A stretch of 64,000 nucleotides of DNA. It comes from an uncultured virus (IMG/VR IMGVR_UViG_3300022555_000029) (lineage: Duplodnaviria; Heunggongvirae; Uroviricota; Caudoviricetes). The stretch lies in IMG/VR virus record IMGVR_UViG_3300022555_000029, one strand, 5' to 3'. A program made the position numbers and the translations under genes. Under the pieces are notes generated by a model. That model saw nothing but the letters and a program-made list of their open reading frames with translations. It was not told where the DNA came from and did not search any database. Below, one piece after another: positions 40,420 through 50,184 of the stretch (positions are counted from its first letter, which is position 1; the number at the start of each line of letters is the position of its first letter).

Positions 40420-41145
40420 ATGGAAAACCCGAAGGAACCAATTTTGAAAGTCCTAGAGCCAGAAGAAGTTAAAAACTCACCTGTTATCAGTACACCCAAT
40501 ACACTCAACATCTCGATAGACAACAATCCAGAGTTGAAACGTCAGTACATAGACCTCTACATTATGAGGATAGTACAGGGTGAGTCTTTGACTAAGATAG
40601 CAGAGAAGAAGGGTATCGATACTGATACGATACGTAATGCTCTGAAGTGGTGTAGGAAGAACTCAGAAGTGTTGATATGGATAGAAGCTCTGATAGATGC
40701 TCTGAACACAGAAGACTTCCGTATGAGTAAACTAGTGATAGCGCAGAACAAGCTCAGAACGAAGAAGGATGAGAAGGAGCTTGCGTTAGGACAAGTTGAG
40801 CAACAGTTACTCCAACAGGATGAGCAACTAGTACTAGGGGTAAACAAGATAGAGGTAGAGAAGAAGATAGACAGCCTGAAGGATGTACGTAATGACCTAC
40901 GTAGGGAGATAAACAACTGCCATAGGTTGGTACTAGCCTATGAGGACAAGATACAGGACATCCTAGATAAGAAGTTCAATCTACAGAACCTATATCATAA
41001 ACAGGTAGAGCTAATACCCCCTGAGAACTTTCAGATGAACAGCATCACAAACTTTACAGCTAATGTTAAGAGTATCACAATGACTATAGAGGACAGAAAT
41101 GCAATCGCCGACATTCTTGAACGAACTTATCGAAGGAAAGTCTGA
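40420..41145 (+). CDS. Putative terminase small subunit
   Basis: HTH (SLTKIAEKKGIDTDTIR) plus coiled coil; overlaps the large terminase start. Confidence 0.65.
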   Translation: MENPKEPILKVLEPEEVKNSPVISTPNTLNISIDNNPELKRQYIDLYIMRIVQGESLTKIAEKKGIDTDTIRNALKWCRKNSEVLIWIEALIDALNTEDFRMSKLVIAQNKLRTKKDEKELALGQVEQQLLQQDEQLVLGVNKIEVEKKIDSLKDVRNDLRREINNCHRLVLAYEDKIQDILDKKFNLQNLYHKQVELIPPENFQMNSITNFTANVKSITMTIEDRNAIADILERTYRRKV

Positions 41146-42805
41146 TAGGGTATTAGGGCTGTGGTCAGCCTTTGCCATACGTCACCCTGATTGGCAAAAA
41201 GACTATGTAGAGCCCCCTGTGGACATTGTCACCTTCATCGAAGAACCGTATTACATGAATGCTGTGAATGAGTGTTGGGATTCGGTCAAGAAAGACTTAC
41301 AGGACCTGACAGAGGGATTGGATGCTTACAACTTCATAGGCAAGTATCAAGAAGCAGTATTCGACGAAGGGATTGGCTCAGGTAAGTCCTACAAGACCTC
41401 ACTTATCTTATCGTATCTGGTATACAGGACACTCATCCTCAAAAATCCGCAAAGGTTCTTCGGAATGGCAGAACAAACAAACATCTACTTCATGAACATG
41501 TCAGTAACAGCACAACAGGCGAGCAACATCGTCTTTGGTGAAGTGCGGAGTAGGGTAATCAACTCACCATGGTTCAATCAGTTTGGATACCTGCCCGACC
41601 CTACAATCAAATCAGAACTCCGTTTTCCTAAATGTATAAAGGTAGTACCAGGCAACAGTAAAGAAACAAAACCATTAGGCTACAACCTCTTTGGGGCGGT
41701 CATGGACGAAGCAGCTTGGTATACAGAGACACAAGACCATGATGTAGCAGAAGAGATGTACAATGCATTGTTCAATCGTATCAAAAATAGGTTTGGCGAA
41801 AGAGGGTTGCTAGTGATAATCTCTTCACCTAGATACGTAGACGACTTCATCGAGAAGAAAATGTTGGAAGCAAAGACCAATCCGCACATCTTTGCCAGAC
41901 GTAAGCCAGTCTGGTTAGCCAAGCCTACAACAGCCTACTGTGGTAAAATGTTTCAGGCTGAAGGCTTTGACATACCCGTCGAGTACCAATTAATCTATCA
42001 AAGGAATCCAGAGAAGTTCAAACGAGACTATATGGCATTGCCAAGCCTAGCCCTAGAGCCCTACTTTAAGAATTGGGCATTGGTAGAAGCTTGTATCAGT
42101 CCAGCATTGGACAATCCTTTAGAATACATCTCAGGTTTGTTTAGACCATGGTTCAAAGGGAAGCCTGGTATGCAGTACTATGGGCACATCGACCTTTCAC
42201 TCAGTAGTGATAGTACAGGCATTGCTTTAGTACACAAAGAAAAAATCGAAGGCGTCGAGTACATCATCGCAGACCTGTTGATGAAAATCAAACCTCCTAA
42301 GGACGGAGAGATAGACCTAGCAGGCATCCGCAACATCATCTTAGAACTGAAGGCTAGAGGGTTCGGTATAGCCAAGTGTACATTTGACCAGTTTCAATCT
42401 GCCTCAAGCATTCAGGAGTTGAACAAGATGGGTGTCAACTCAGAACGCTTAAGTGTAGACAAAGACCTAGCACCATACGAGACATTGAAGGAAGCGATGT
42501 ACACAGGTAAGTTCAAGATGTATCACTATCCTGAACTGATGGAAGAGTTGAGCAGACTAGAACTAGTAGAAGGAAAAAAGGTGGACCATCCAGCTAGTGT
42601 AGGTGGGGGTAAGGATTGCTCTGATGCACTAGCAGGAGCAGTATACAACTGTACAATCAATCAAAACGATTTCGGATTCGGCTTCGCAGGAGGTCCTAAT
42701 CCTATCAAGTCTACTAAGACAGAAGCTGAGCAGTTGAAAGAAGCTTCTACTATGACACAAGATGGGCTTTGTAGATACGGCGAGCACTTTGGGAGGAGAT
42801 ATTGA
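41099..42805 (+). CDS. Terminase large subunit
   Basis: GIGSGKS, VMDE, ISSP, HIDL...DS.G, FDQFQS, KVDHP...KD.SDA. Confidence 0.92.
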   Translation: MQSPTFLNELIEGKSDRVLGLWSAFAIRHPDWQKDYVEPPVDIVTFIEEPYYMNAVNECWDSVKKDLQDLTEGLDAYNFIGKYQEAVFDEGIGSGKSYKTSLILSYLVYRTLILKNPQRFFGMAEQTNIYFMNMSVTAQQASNIVFGEVRSRVINSPWFNQFGYLPDPTIKSELRFPKCIKVVPGNSKETKPLGYNLFGAVMDEAAWYTETQDHDVAEEMYNALFNRIKNRFGERGLLVIISSPRYVDDFIEKKMLEAKTNPHIFARRKPVWLAKPTTAYCGKMFQAEGFDIPVEYQLIYQRNPEKFKRDYMALPSLALEPYFKNWALVEACISPALDNPLEYISGLFRPWFKGKPGMQYYGHIDLSLSSDSTGIALVHKEKIEGVEYIIADLLMKIKPPKDGEIDLAGIRNIILELKARGFGIAKCTFDQFQSASSIQELNKMGVNSERLSVDKDLAPYETLKEAMYTGKFKMYHYPELMEELSRLELVEGKKVDHPASVGGGKDCSDALAGAVYNCTINQNDFGFGFAGGPNPIKSTKTEAEQLKEASTMTQDGLCRYGEHFGRRY

Positions 42806-43521
42806 TGCTTAAGTCAATACACAGACTACAAAACGAACAAATAGCTCTAGTAAAAGGTGGGCCAGGCTCAGGTAGAAGACCTGAAGGTGGGGCTAAAGAA
42901 GACAATCCAGCCAATGTTACTTATGACAAGTACATCAAAGCTGCTAGAGAGTATTGGGATAAGAATGTACCAAACGTAGTACCTGACGCAGACGACCTTA
43001 GGAACACAGCACTAGATTTTATGAGCGACGATGGCCTACGTATCGGCGCAGAAGAAGAAAAGGGAGTACATTTTAGAATTACTGGAGAAGAATTGGATAC
43101 GGAAAAGATGGTCAAGGGTGGACCAGGAAGCGGACGTAAGCCTGAGGGTGGGGCAAAGCCTACAGAATCAAATCCATACAACGCTGCTGTGAATGCAATT
43201 GCCAATAGTGATATGAATCCAAAGGCAAAAGAGGAAGGTATTAAATCTGTCATTCAAGAGAAACAGCGGAAAGAAAAAGAAGGTGGAAGTAAAGAAGAGA
43301 ATAAGAGCCCAACAAAGAAGGACTTTTCTGATAATGTTGTTTATTCTAAAGGGAGTTTTTACATAGATAGGCAAGATATTAACTCTGGAAAAAGATTAGT
43401 TAAGCCTGGTGATACGGTATCTTTTACTTCTAATGGAAAATCATATTCTATGATTGTAAGTGGTACTACTGTTGGACGGAATGATGATATGTATGAGCTG
43501 ACTTCAGGGGAACTAGAATGA
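42805..43521 (+). CDS. KGGPGSG-motif protein 1 (two motifs), putative head-internal protein
   Basis: MLKSIHRLQNEQIALVK-GGPGSGR leader; second MVK-GGPGSGR. Confidence 0.6.
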   Translation: MLKSIHRLQNEQIALVKGGPGSGRRPEGGAKEDNPANVTYDKYIKAAREYWDKNVPNVVPDADDLRNTALDFMSDDGLRIGAEEEKGVHFRITGEELDTEKMVKGGPGSGRKPEGGAKPTESNPYNAAVNAIANSDMNPKAKEEGIKSVIQEKQRKEKEGGSKEENKSPTKKDFSDNVVYSKGSFYIDRQDINSGKRLVKPGDTVSFTSNGKSYSMIVSGTTVGRNDDMYELTSGELE

Positions 43522-43862
43522 TAATCAAAGGCAGTCCTTGGCAATTGTTAGAAGACATCTCAAAAAACTATCCTCAACTTGATGGAGTAGAGGTATGGTT
43601 CGCTGATGGACCAAAAGATTCATCTATGGCATACGTTCAATTCTACAAGGATGGAAGTAAGCCGAGGATACACATCAATCCGATTTTACAGTTGACGACC
43701 ATCCCAGAGATACTTGCCCATGAGATGGCACATATTATAGTAGGACAAGCTAAAGACCACAACGACGACCACAACGATGCTTGGGTAGATGCATTCGCCA
43801 AGCTCTTAAAAGAAATGAATACTTGGATGAGAACTTACGACAAAGAGTTTGCACTTAAATAG
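43518..43862 (+). CDS. Zincin-like metallopeptidase domain protein
   Basis: LAHEMAH...H...W (SprT-like). Confidence 0.75.
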   Translation: MIIKGSPWQLLEDISKNYPQLDGVEVWFADGPKDSSMAYVQFYKDGSKPRIHINPILQLTTIPEILAHEMAHIIVGQAKDHNDDHNDAWVDAFAKLLKEMNTWMRTYDKEFALK

Positions 43863-43872
43863 GGAGGATTTG

Positions 43873-44628
43873 ATGAGGACAATAGAAGAGTTAAGAGAAG
43901 ATATGAACAAAGTAATGGGATGGAGGAAGTCTGGTAAGAAGCTCCTACCTGAACAAGAGATGTTCGCAAACAACTTAGCTGATGAAATGCTCAGCCAGAA
44001 GGTAGCTAAACAAACAGGTGTGCAGTTGATAAGCAAAGCCCATTTAGACTTTATCAAAGGACAGCCAGTACAAGGTTCGGATGCTGTAGGAGGTATAGTT
44101 CAAGATGTCGTTGCCAACGTACAAACCAAAACAGGTAAATTTCCAAGAAAGACTGCAAAGCAGACCAATGAATCACGTGATGTGGCAAAGGCTGCTTTTA
44201 CGAAGCCAAAGCCTGCGGACCTCGGAGAGTCAGGAGCAGATAGTGGAGCAGAAGCAAGAAAGACGCCCGATGCAGAGAATATTAAACTCAATCCTCCGGA
44301 GAATCAAGCGGAAGGTGCAGTAACAGCAACAGCAGACATTACCAATGATGCTAGACAACCTGAAACACTTAAGCCTACTAACGTAGAGAGTGAAGCAATT
44401 GGGCATAATCCCAATGAGCCTATGCCTAAGAGTCAAGCAACAGACCTAATCAACAATGCCAAGTGGGGTGTAGAGATAGGTGCTTATGTATCTATAAAGG
44501 AAGGCATTGAAAGATTGTTAGGTAGAAAAGAATATGACGAGTTTACTGATACAGCAGAGAAGTTAAAGACAGTATCAGCATACTTAATTAGCTTGATTCC
44601 TGAGACAGAAGCTACACCAGTAGCCTAA
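43873..44628 (+). CDS. Hypothetical low-complexity head-module protein
   Basis: SD GGGAGG; disordered acidic middle region. Confidence 0.55.
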   Translation: MRTIEELREDMNKVMGWRKSGKKLLPEQEMFANNLADEMLSQKVAKQTGVQLISKAHLDFIKGQPVQGSDAVGGIVQDVVANVQTKTGKFPRKTAKQTNESRDVAKAAFTKPKPADLGESGADSGAEARKTPDAENIKLNPPENQAEGAVTATADITNDARQPETLKPTNVESEAIGHNPNEPMPKSQATDLINNAKWGVEIGAYVSIKEGIERLLGRKEYDEFTDTAEKLKTVSAYLISLIPETEATPVA

Positions 44629-44641
44629 TAAGGAGGTAGAT

Positions 44642-45226
44642 ATGTTAAAGTCAATTTATCAACTACAAAAAGAACAAATAGCTTTAGTTAAAGGTGGTCC
44701 AGGAAGTGGACGTTACCCAGCTGGTAGTGGCAAGGGTGACGAACCCAAAGGTGAGGGTACTCCAGCTGCTGAGGCAAAACCTGCAGCAGAAGCTCCTAAG
44801 GAAGAAAAACCAAAAGAGACTACTGAAGAAAGAGTTGCGAACGAGGTAAAAAGAGGTGAAGAGGCAATCAAGAATGTCAATTGGAGAGAATTAGAATCAA
44901 ATCTTTCTTCACAAATGGGTACACCTATCAAATTAACACCTTCGATAGGAAAAGATTGGTCTGGCAATCGACCATATATCAAATTCGAAAGTCAGGACCT
45001 TACTGACCAAGCAGGTATATTCAAAGCTGGATTGAAATCAGTTAAATTAACAGGTGCTGGTTCAGATGTATTCAATATGGAAAAGGATAATTCGTATGGT
45101 GCGAATATGACTCTACGATTTGAATTGAAAGATGGTGGTTCAAACGGTATAGGTATAGGTAGAGCATTTCATGATATGAAAACTAAGAAGTGGGATGTTC
45201 GTCCAGCAGATGAGGGCAGAACATGA
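44642..45226 (+). CDS. KGGPGSG-motif protein 2
   Basis: MLKSIYQLQKEQIALVK-GGPGSGRYPAGSG leader. Confidence 0.6.
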   Translation: MLKSIYQLQKEQIALVKGGPGSGRYPAGSGKGDEPKGEGTPAAEAKPAAEAPKEEKPKETTEERVANEVKRGEEAIKNVNWRELESNLSSQMGTPIKLTPSIGKDWSGNRPYIKFESQDLTDQAGIFKAGLKSVKLTGAGSDVFNMEKDNSYGANMTLRFELKDGGSNGIGIGRAFHDMKTKKWDVRPADEGRT

Positions 45227-45354
45227 AACTAATCTCTTTAGTAAGAAATGGTAAACGTATAGACGTAACCAAGGCTCAACTGGAAGAGGCATTGGTAGAG
45301 TTGAATGAAGCTAAAGTAGAAAAGAAAGATATAGATAACGAAGGGGCAAGATGA
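45223..45354 (+). CDS. 43-aa protein (not in ORF track)
   Basis: MKLISLVRNGKRIDVTKA...; ATGA-coupled on both sides. Confidence 0.5.
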   Translation: MKLISLVRNGKRIDVTKAQLEEALVELNEAKVEKKDIDNEGAR

Positions 45355-45488
45355 AAATCTGTCTTAAGTGTGGTGAAACAAATCCAGACCATTATGAAAC
45401 ATGCAGCAAATGTGGAAGTATATTAATCAAAGAGGATATAGCCCAAGGTTTTCCAATTAAGGAAACCGATATAACGAAGGAGGCGTAA
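45351..45488 (+). CDS. Small zinc-ribbon protein (not in ORF track)
   Basis: CLKCG...CSKCG. Confidence 0.55.
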   Translation: MKICLKCGETNPDHYETCSKCGSILIKEDIAQGFPIKETDITKEA

Positions 45489-45489
45489 C

Positions 45490-46629
45490 ATGTTGTGTTT
45501 AAGAGAAGGCGTATTGTTTACAGCTCCGATGTCAATAGCATCGGCGTTTACAGGATTTCACTTAGGTGCCAATGTAGAAAATGATGGTGCGAACTTCAGC
45601 CGCAAGGTAGGTCTGATTAAAGTAGTAACTAATCCTACCGATGGAGATACGTTAATCGTAGGTGGAAAGACATATACATTTAAGAATACAGCGTTGTTAG
45701 CAACTCATATCAAGATAGGCAACTTAGTCACTAATGGTGACTTTGCTGGTGCTGGTGCATCTTGGATAAACTATGGTGGATGGACTATCGATGCCACTGG
45801 TGCATTACATACAGCAGGTCCTACCTCTGGTGTGATAGCTTCTTTTGCTGACTATCGTGCTACAGTAGGTGGGGCAGTTCTGGTTACTGATACAGCTCAT
45901 GGATTGGTTACAGGAAACATTGTAACAATTGCAGGGACTACAAACTACAATGGTACCTATACTATTGTTAAGGTAGGTGCAGATACATTCTACATCATCC
46001 CTCAAAATGGTTGGATGGGTACTGAAACAGGAACTTGGTCAACAACTGCTTCTACTCATGTATTAGACCAAGAGTGGTTTCCGAAAGTAGTGGTTGGATA
46101 TACCTATGCCACAAGCTTTACAATCAGTGCAGTAACAGCTGGAACTGTAAAGATTAAGATTGGTGGAGTATTAGGTGCAGCTAGAAGTACAGTAGCTACA
46201 TTCACAGAGTCGATTGTTGCTCTTACTGACGGTCCGTTAGAGTTTGTTCCTTCAGCTGACTTCGATGGAAAGATTAGTGCTGTTACTGTTACGAATACAC
46301 TGTCAGATTTGAAGACGATGACAGCCAAAGCAATCTGTGGCAGAATCAATTTAGATAAAGTTACAGCTTTAGTAACTGCTTATCAGGGATATAACTCTTG
46401 TGGGTTGACAACTGAGATTGCTTTAGTAGCTGAAACAGTTGGTGTAACTCCTACAGTAACTCCTGATGGGGCAAGAATCACTAAGCCTATTGCTATGGCA
46501 TTAGTGCTTACTCAGGCTCAGTTAGAGAATACGGATTATTGGAAGAAAAATATTACAAGTGAAGTAGATGTTAAACCTACAGTTCTTGTTGAAAGAAACA
46601 GCGGCACTGACCGCAACTTTTTATACTAA
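45490..46629 (+). CDS. Putative virion decoration protein with nested beta-domain insertions
   Basis: Thr/Gly/Ala-rich; termini paralogous to 46791-47330. Confidence 0.6.
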   Translation: MLCLREGVLFTAPMSIASAFTGFHLGANVENDGANFSRKVGLIKVVTNPTDGDTLIVGGKTYTFKNTALLATHIKIGNLVTNGDFAGAGASWINYGGWTIDATGALHTAGPTSGVIASFADYRATVGGAVLVTDTAHGLVTGNIVTIAGTTNYNGTYTIVKVGADTFYIIPQNGWMGTETGTWSTTASTHVLDQEWFPKVVVGYTYATSFTISAVTAGTVKIKIGGVLGAARSTVATFTESIVALTDGPLEFVPSADFDGKISAVTVTNTLSDLKTMTAKAICGRINLDKVTALVTAYQGYNSCGLTTEIALVAETVGVTPTVTPDGARITKPIAMALVLTQAQLENTDYWKKNITSEVDVKPTVLVERNSGTDRNFLY

Positions 46630-46790
46630 GTATGATAGATAGCTTAGGAGAAGTTGAAGAAATGTTCAATGAGATTCAAGAAGATAACAATGCTTGGACA
46701 TTTATGTATCTAACCGAAATTGCTGATGATAATGAATTCAGGGCAAAAAACGGTAGATTTATTGAGTTATGTTTTCACTAAGGAGGAAAG

Positions 46791-47330
46791 ATGTTAAAAC
46801 TTCAAGAGCCAGCTTTATTCACAGCAAGTGTTGCAAAGGATAGTCACTTTGCTGGAATTAAATTAGGCAATCACAATCAAAATGATGGTGTTAATTTCCT
46901 AAGAAATGTTAGACTAATACAGATTCTAACTAATCCAGCAGCAGATGAGACTATTGTAATCGGAACCAAAACCTATACGTTTAAAGTTGCAGCAGCATTA
47001 GCTACTGAGATTACGATAGGTGGAACAAAACCAGAAACAGTAAACAATATTCTTGCAAGAATCAATATAGATACTAGGGCTTGTCAATGCTCTGCCTATA
47101 ACGTTCAGGACACAACTAGATTTATGTTAGTTGCTAACGTTGGGGGTGCAACACCCACAGTGACTACTGATGGTGTAAAGATTGAGATTCAAACGTTATG
47201 GTTGAATACTCTTGCAGAGGCAACATTGGAAAGTGAATTGGTGTATAAGATTCCCTTAACTGATGTCAATGCTAAACCGATTACTTTAGTTGAACGTAAC
47301 GCAGGAACGTATCACAACTTCCTGTATTAA
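46791..47330 (+). CDS. Putative virion protein, short paralog of 45490-46629
   Basis: Shared ML.L.E..LFTA, NDG.NF.R.V.LI...TNP, KTYTFK, VERN.GT..NFLY. Confidence 0.6.
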   Translation: MLKLQEPALFTASVAKDSHFAGIKLGNHNQNDGVNFLRNVRLIQILTNPAADETIVIGTKTYTFKVAAALATEITIGGTKPETVNNILARINIDTRACQCSAYNVQDTTRFMLVANVGGATPTVTTDGVKIEIQTLWLNTLAEATLESELVYKIPLTDVNAKPITLVERNAGTYHNFLY

Positions 47331-47410
47331 GATGGATATAGATAACGAGATGCCAAGATGAGAGAAGAACAAGCAGGTCCATACTAATGGGCGGAAGGGA
47401 TGGGTTTTAG

Positions 47411-49237
47411 ATGGGAAAAATAATCTATAGTTTCTGTAAAGATGGGGTAAGGATAGACCGACCACTTCAGAAGGACATTGAAGTTGGGGATTTGGTTCTG
47501 AATAAGTACAACTCTGGCATTGCTGGAAAAGTAATATCCATAGTTGGTGATGCAGTAGAAGTTCAGAATCCATTTATGGCTAAGACTGATGTCTATTCTA
47601 TTGATGAGATAGAGTTGGTACAGAAAGGTGAACCAATTGCTACCGATGAACCTGTAATCTCCGAAGGTGCAATTGTTACACTCAATGGTCATAAAGGTAA
47701 AGTCCTATCAATGCTTGGTGGTAAAGCTCAAGTAAGTTGGGAAGATGCTTCTATCTCTGAAGTAGATGCTAAAGACCTTGGTTATGATGGAAGAGTGGAA
47801 AAAGGCGGTCCAGGTAGTGGTCCAAGACCTGAAGGTGGAAGTGCGGGGGATGAGCATGGATTTAGTAAGTTAACAACTGAGGAATTAAAAAGTAAACTTA
47901 AAACTCACGAGGCAGATGTTGAAAGATTTGGTGGTACTGATTTCACACTCAAATATGGAAGTGCTTTGATAGATGAGATAAAACGTAGAGAAGGCGGAAG
48001 AGTAGAAAAAGGTGGGCCAGGGTCAGGCAGATATCCAGCTGGTTCTGGATATAAAGAAACACAAGATGCTGTTAAAGAAAGAATGAAAACGCTTAGCCCT
48101 GAGCTTCGAGAAAAGGTTAAGTTAGCAGCTAGAGATATCTATTATAGAAATTTGAACCAGAATGAAAACTATGCTTCTATAGCTAGAAATTTGAAAATTA
48201 AGAATTCAGATATTGATGTTGTTACTGCAATTCTTGGTGTTAGTAGTATGGTAGAAAAAGGTGGTCCAGGTAGCTCTGGAACAAAAGGTCCTGGTACACG
48301 AGGGGGCTCTGGTGAAGGTAAAGAGACTGCTAATTACGACGACACAATTGAATCTAGAGCAAAAGATATTGGAATGCCAGCAGACTTATTTGAACGTGCA
48401 GTTGAATTAAGGGAAGGTGGAGTGAGTTATAAGGATATAGTTAGTGACCTTACTGAAAGTGACACGCAAGGTCGGGAATGGTTTAGTTCTGGTGAGTACC
48501 AAGGCAACGAATTTGACCTACGCCAGGATTTGGAAGAAGCAATTCAACCTTCGGACGATAATGAGATAGCAATTGTTCGTAGGTATAGTGAAGATAAGAA
48601 TGTAGTCAAAATGCTTAAAGGTGGCCCTGGAAGTGGTAGACACAAAGAAGGTGATAGTGTAGAAGTATCTGGAAGAAAAATTAAGTTGGGACCTTTTGAT
48701 GGAGAAAGATTCCATTCTACGATAGTAGATGGTTCTGCTCCAGGTGGAAAAGTTTATTTAAGTCATGATGAAATAAAGAGTGGGCAGAAGGCTGGATTTG
48801 GTAATACACCTTATGCTAACAAAATGTCTAAAGGTGGTGCTGGTTCTGGTAGGTTCTCAGAAGAAGTAAAAGCCAGTAATGTAAAGTTAGGTGTAGCCCG
48901 CCACTTACGTAGACAGGGTGTACTAGCCAGGATAAGGAAATTAAGAAAAGGGGGACCTGGCAGTGGAAGGAAGCCTGAGGGTGGGCAGAAATGGGGTCCA
49001 AATGGTGAGAGACCAGAAGGCACAAGCCCTAAGGGGCAAGTTGCTAATGAAATAGCAAGACAGCAAGGCAGAGCTAAACAAGATAAGGTTCTTTTTGACA
49101 TGGGACATACAAGGGGATTTCAGCATGGAAGAGATGGGATACCTTATCGAAAGCCCAAAGAACTTGCTGCTGACCACCCAACTGCTCAGGGTTACTTCAC
49201 AGGTTTTAAAGCAGGGCAAGCAGAGAGGAATAAATAA
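47411..49237 (+). CDS. KGGPGSG-repeat polyprotein (six motifs)
   Basis: Six K-GG(P/A)GS(G/S) motifs separating unrelated short segments; N-terminal SH3/KOW-like segments. Confidence 0.65.
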   Translation: MGKIIYSFCKDGVRIDRPLQKDIEVGDLVLNKYNSGIAGKVISIVGDAVEVQNPFMAKTDVYSIDEIELVQKGEPIATDEPVISEGAIVTLNGHKGKVLSMLGGKAQVSWEDASISEVDAKDLGYDGRVEKGGPGSGPRPEGGSAGDEHGFSKLTTEELKSKLKTHEADVERFGGTDFTLKYGSALIDEIKRREGGRVEKGGPGSGRYPAGSGYKETQDAVKERMKTLSPELREKVKLAARDIYYRNLNQNENYASIARNLKIKNSDIDVVTAILGVSSMVEKGGPGSSGTKGPGTRGGSGEGKETANYDDTIESRAKDIGMPADLFERAVELREGGVSYKDIVSDLTESDTQGREWFSSGEYQGNEFDLRQDLEEAIQPSDDNEIAIVRRYSEDKNVVKMLKGGPGSGRHKEGDSVEVSGRKIKLGPFDGERFHSTIVDGSAPGGKVYLSHDEIKSGQKAGFGNTPYANKMSKGGAGSGRFSEEVKASNVKLGVARHLRRQGVLARIRKLRKGGPGSGRKPEGGQKWGPNGERPEGTSPKGQVANEIARQQGRAKQDKVLFDMGHTRGFQHGRDGIPYRKPKELAADHPTAQGYFTGFKAGQAERNK

Positions 49238-49543
49238 AGATGAAGATATTACTACATGCAATAGGTTATGCTTTGACAGCAATGAGTATTGTAGGTTTTG
49301 TAGAGACAGCTTTAGGATTGGCAAGTATCAAGACTTACAACTTAATGAAAGTGATTATTTACAGTTTGCTCTTTGGGATAGGATTAAGTTTATTATAAAT
49401 TGCGGCGGAGTATTAGGCACAAAAGGTTAGGTTTATTCCTTAGGAATAACTAACAACATATCTTTGCTAGAGGATGAAGTACAAGCTATTGCTAATACGC
49501 TTGTCAGTCTTCACTCCGCCCGTTTTTATACATAGGAGTAAAA

Positions 49544-50155
49544 GTGAAAGTAGTAACACTAATACATAAAGGAAAAGTAACAACAATATCAATTGATGAC
49601 CTTAAGAAAATGAAGGTCGAACTTACACAACAATGGGAAAGCCTTTGTCGTAATTGTGGAAAGTGTTGCTTTGATAAAGTAGTCAATGGGAATGGTGCGC
49701 TAGTAATCAATTATGATAAACCATGTGAATACCTTAATTATATAGGAAAGAAGTCATCCTGTAGCATCTATGACACAAGGTTCAATACTTGTAAACAATG
49801 TAATACTGTACCTGAAGCAATTCAAAAACATTATTTACCAGCTGATTGTCCTTATGTGACTAAAGTAATAACGTATAAAGGACCAGTAGATAATGGAGAT
49901 TGGTTTAAGAGAGTAAGAAGTACAATGACTAAAGATTGGATTGCAGGTGGTGCTCCTGCTGAAACACCTACTGGTGGAACTCGTGATGCTTATGCTAGAC
50001 CTCCAGTAAGAGAAGACTTAGCAAAGCCAAAGGATTGGAAGAGGCGTAGATTAGAAAGAATTAGAAGTAGAGCAGGTGGACCAGTTGGTATATTAGACCC
50101 AAGGCAGAAAACAGATTATAATATCAAGCCTTCAGGTCATGCAGGTGGAGGATAG
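49544..50155 (+). CDS. YkgJ-like CxxCxxCC protein
   Basis: WESLCRNCGKCC, PCEYL, CSIYDTRF..C..C, LP.DCPY. Confidence 0.75.
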   Translation: MKVVTLIHKGKVTTISIDDLKKMKVELTQQWESLCRNCGKCCFDKVVNGNGALVINYDKPCEYLNYIGKKSSCSIYDTRFNTCKQCNTVPEAIQKHYLPADCPYVTKVITYKGPVDNGDWFKRVRSTMTKDWIAGGAPAETPTGGTRDAYARPPVREDLAKPKDWKRRRLERIRSRAGGPVGILDPRQKTDYNIKPSGHAGGG

Positions 50156-50184
50156 ATGTTTAAACATTACACTGGAGGATTAAG

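Noticed and set aside
47801..48970. KGGPGSG-coding repeats as a CRISPR-like or recombination-cassette array
   Set aside because: Third codon positions differ between copies and spacing is irregular and in frame, so conservation is at the protein level
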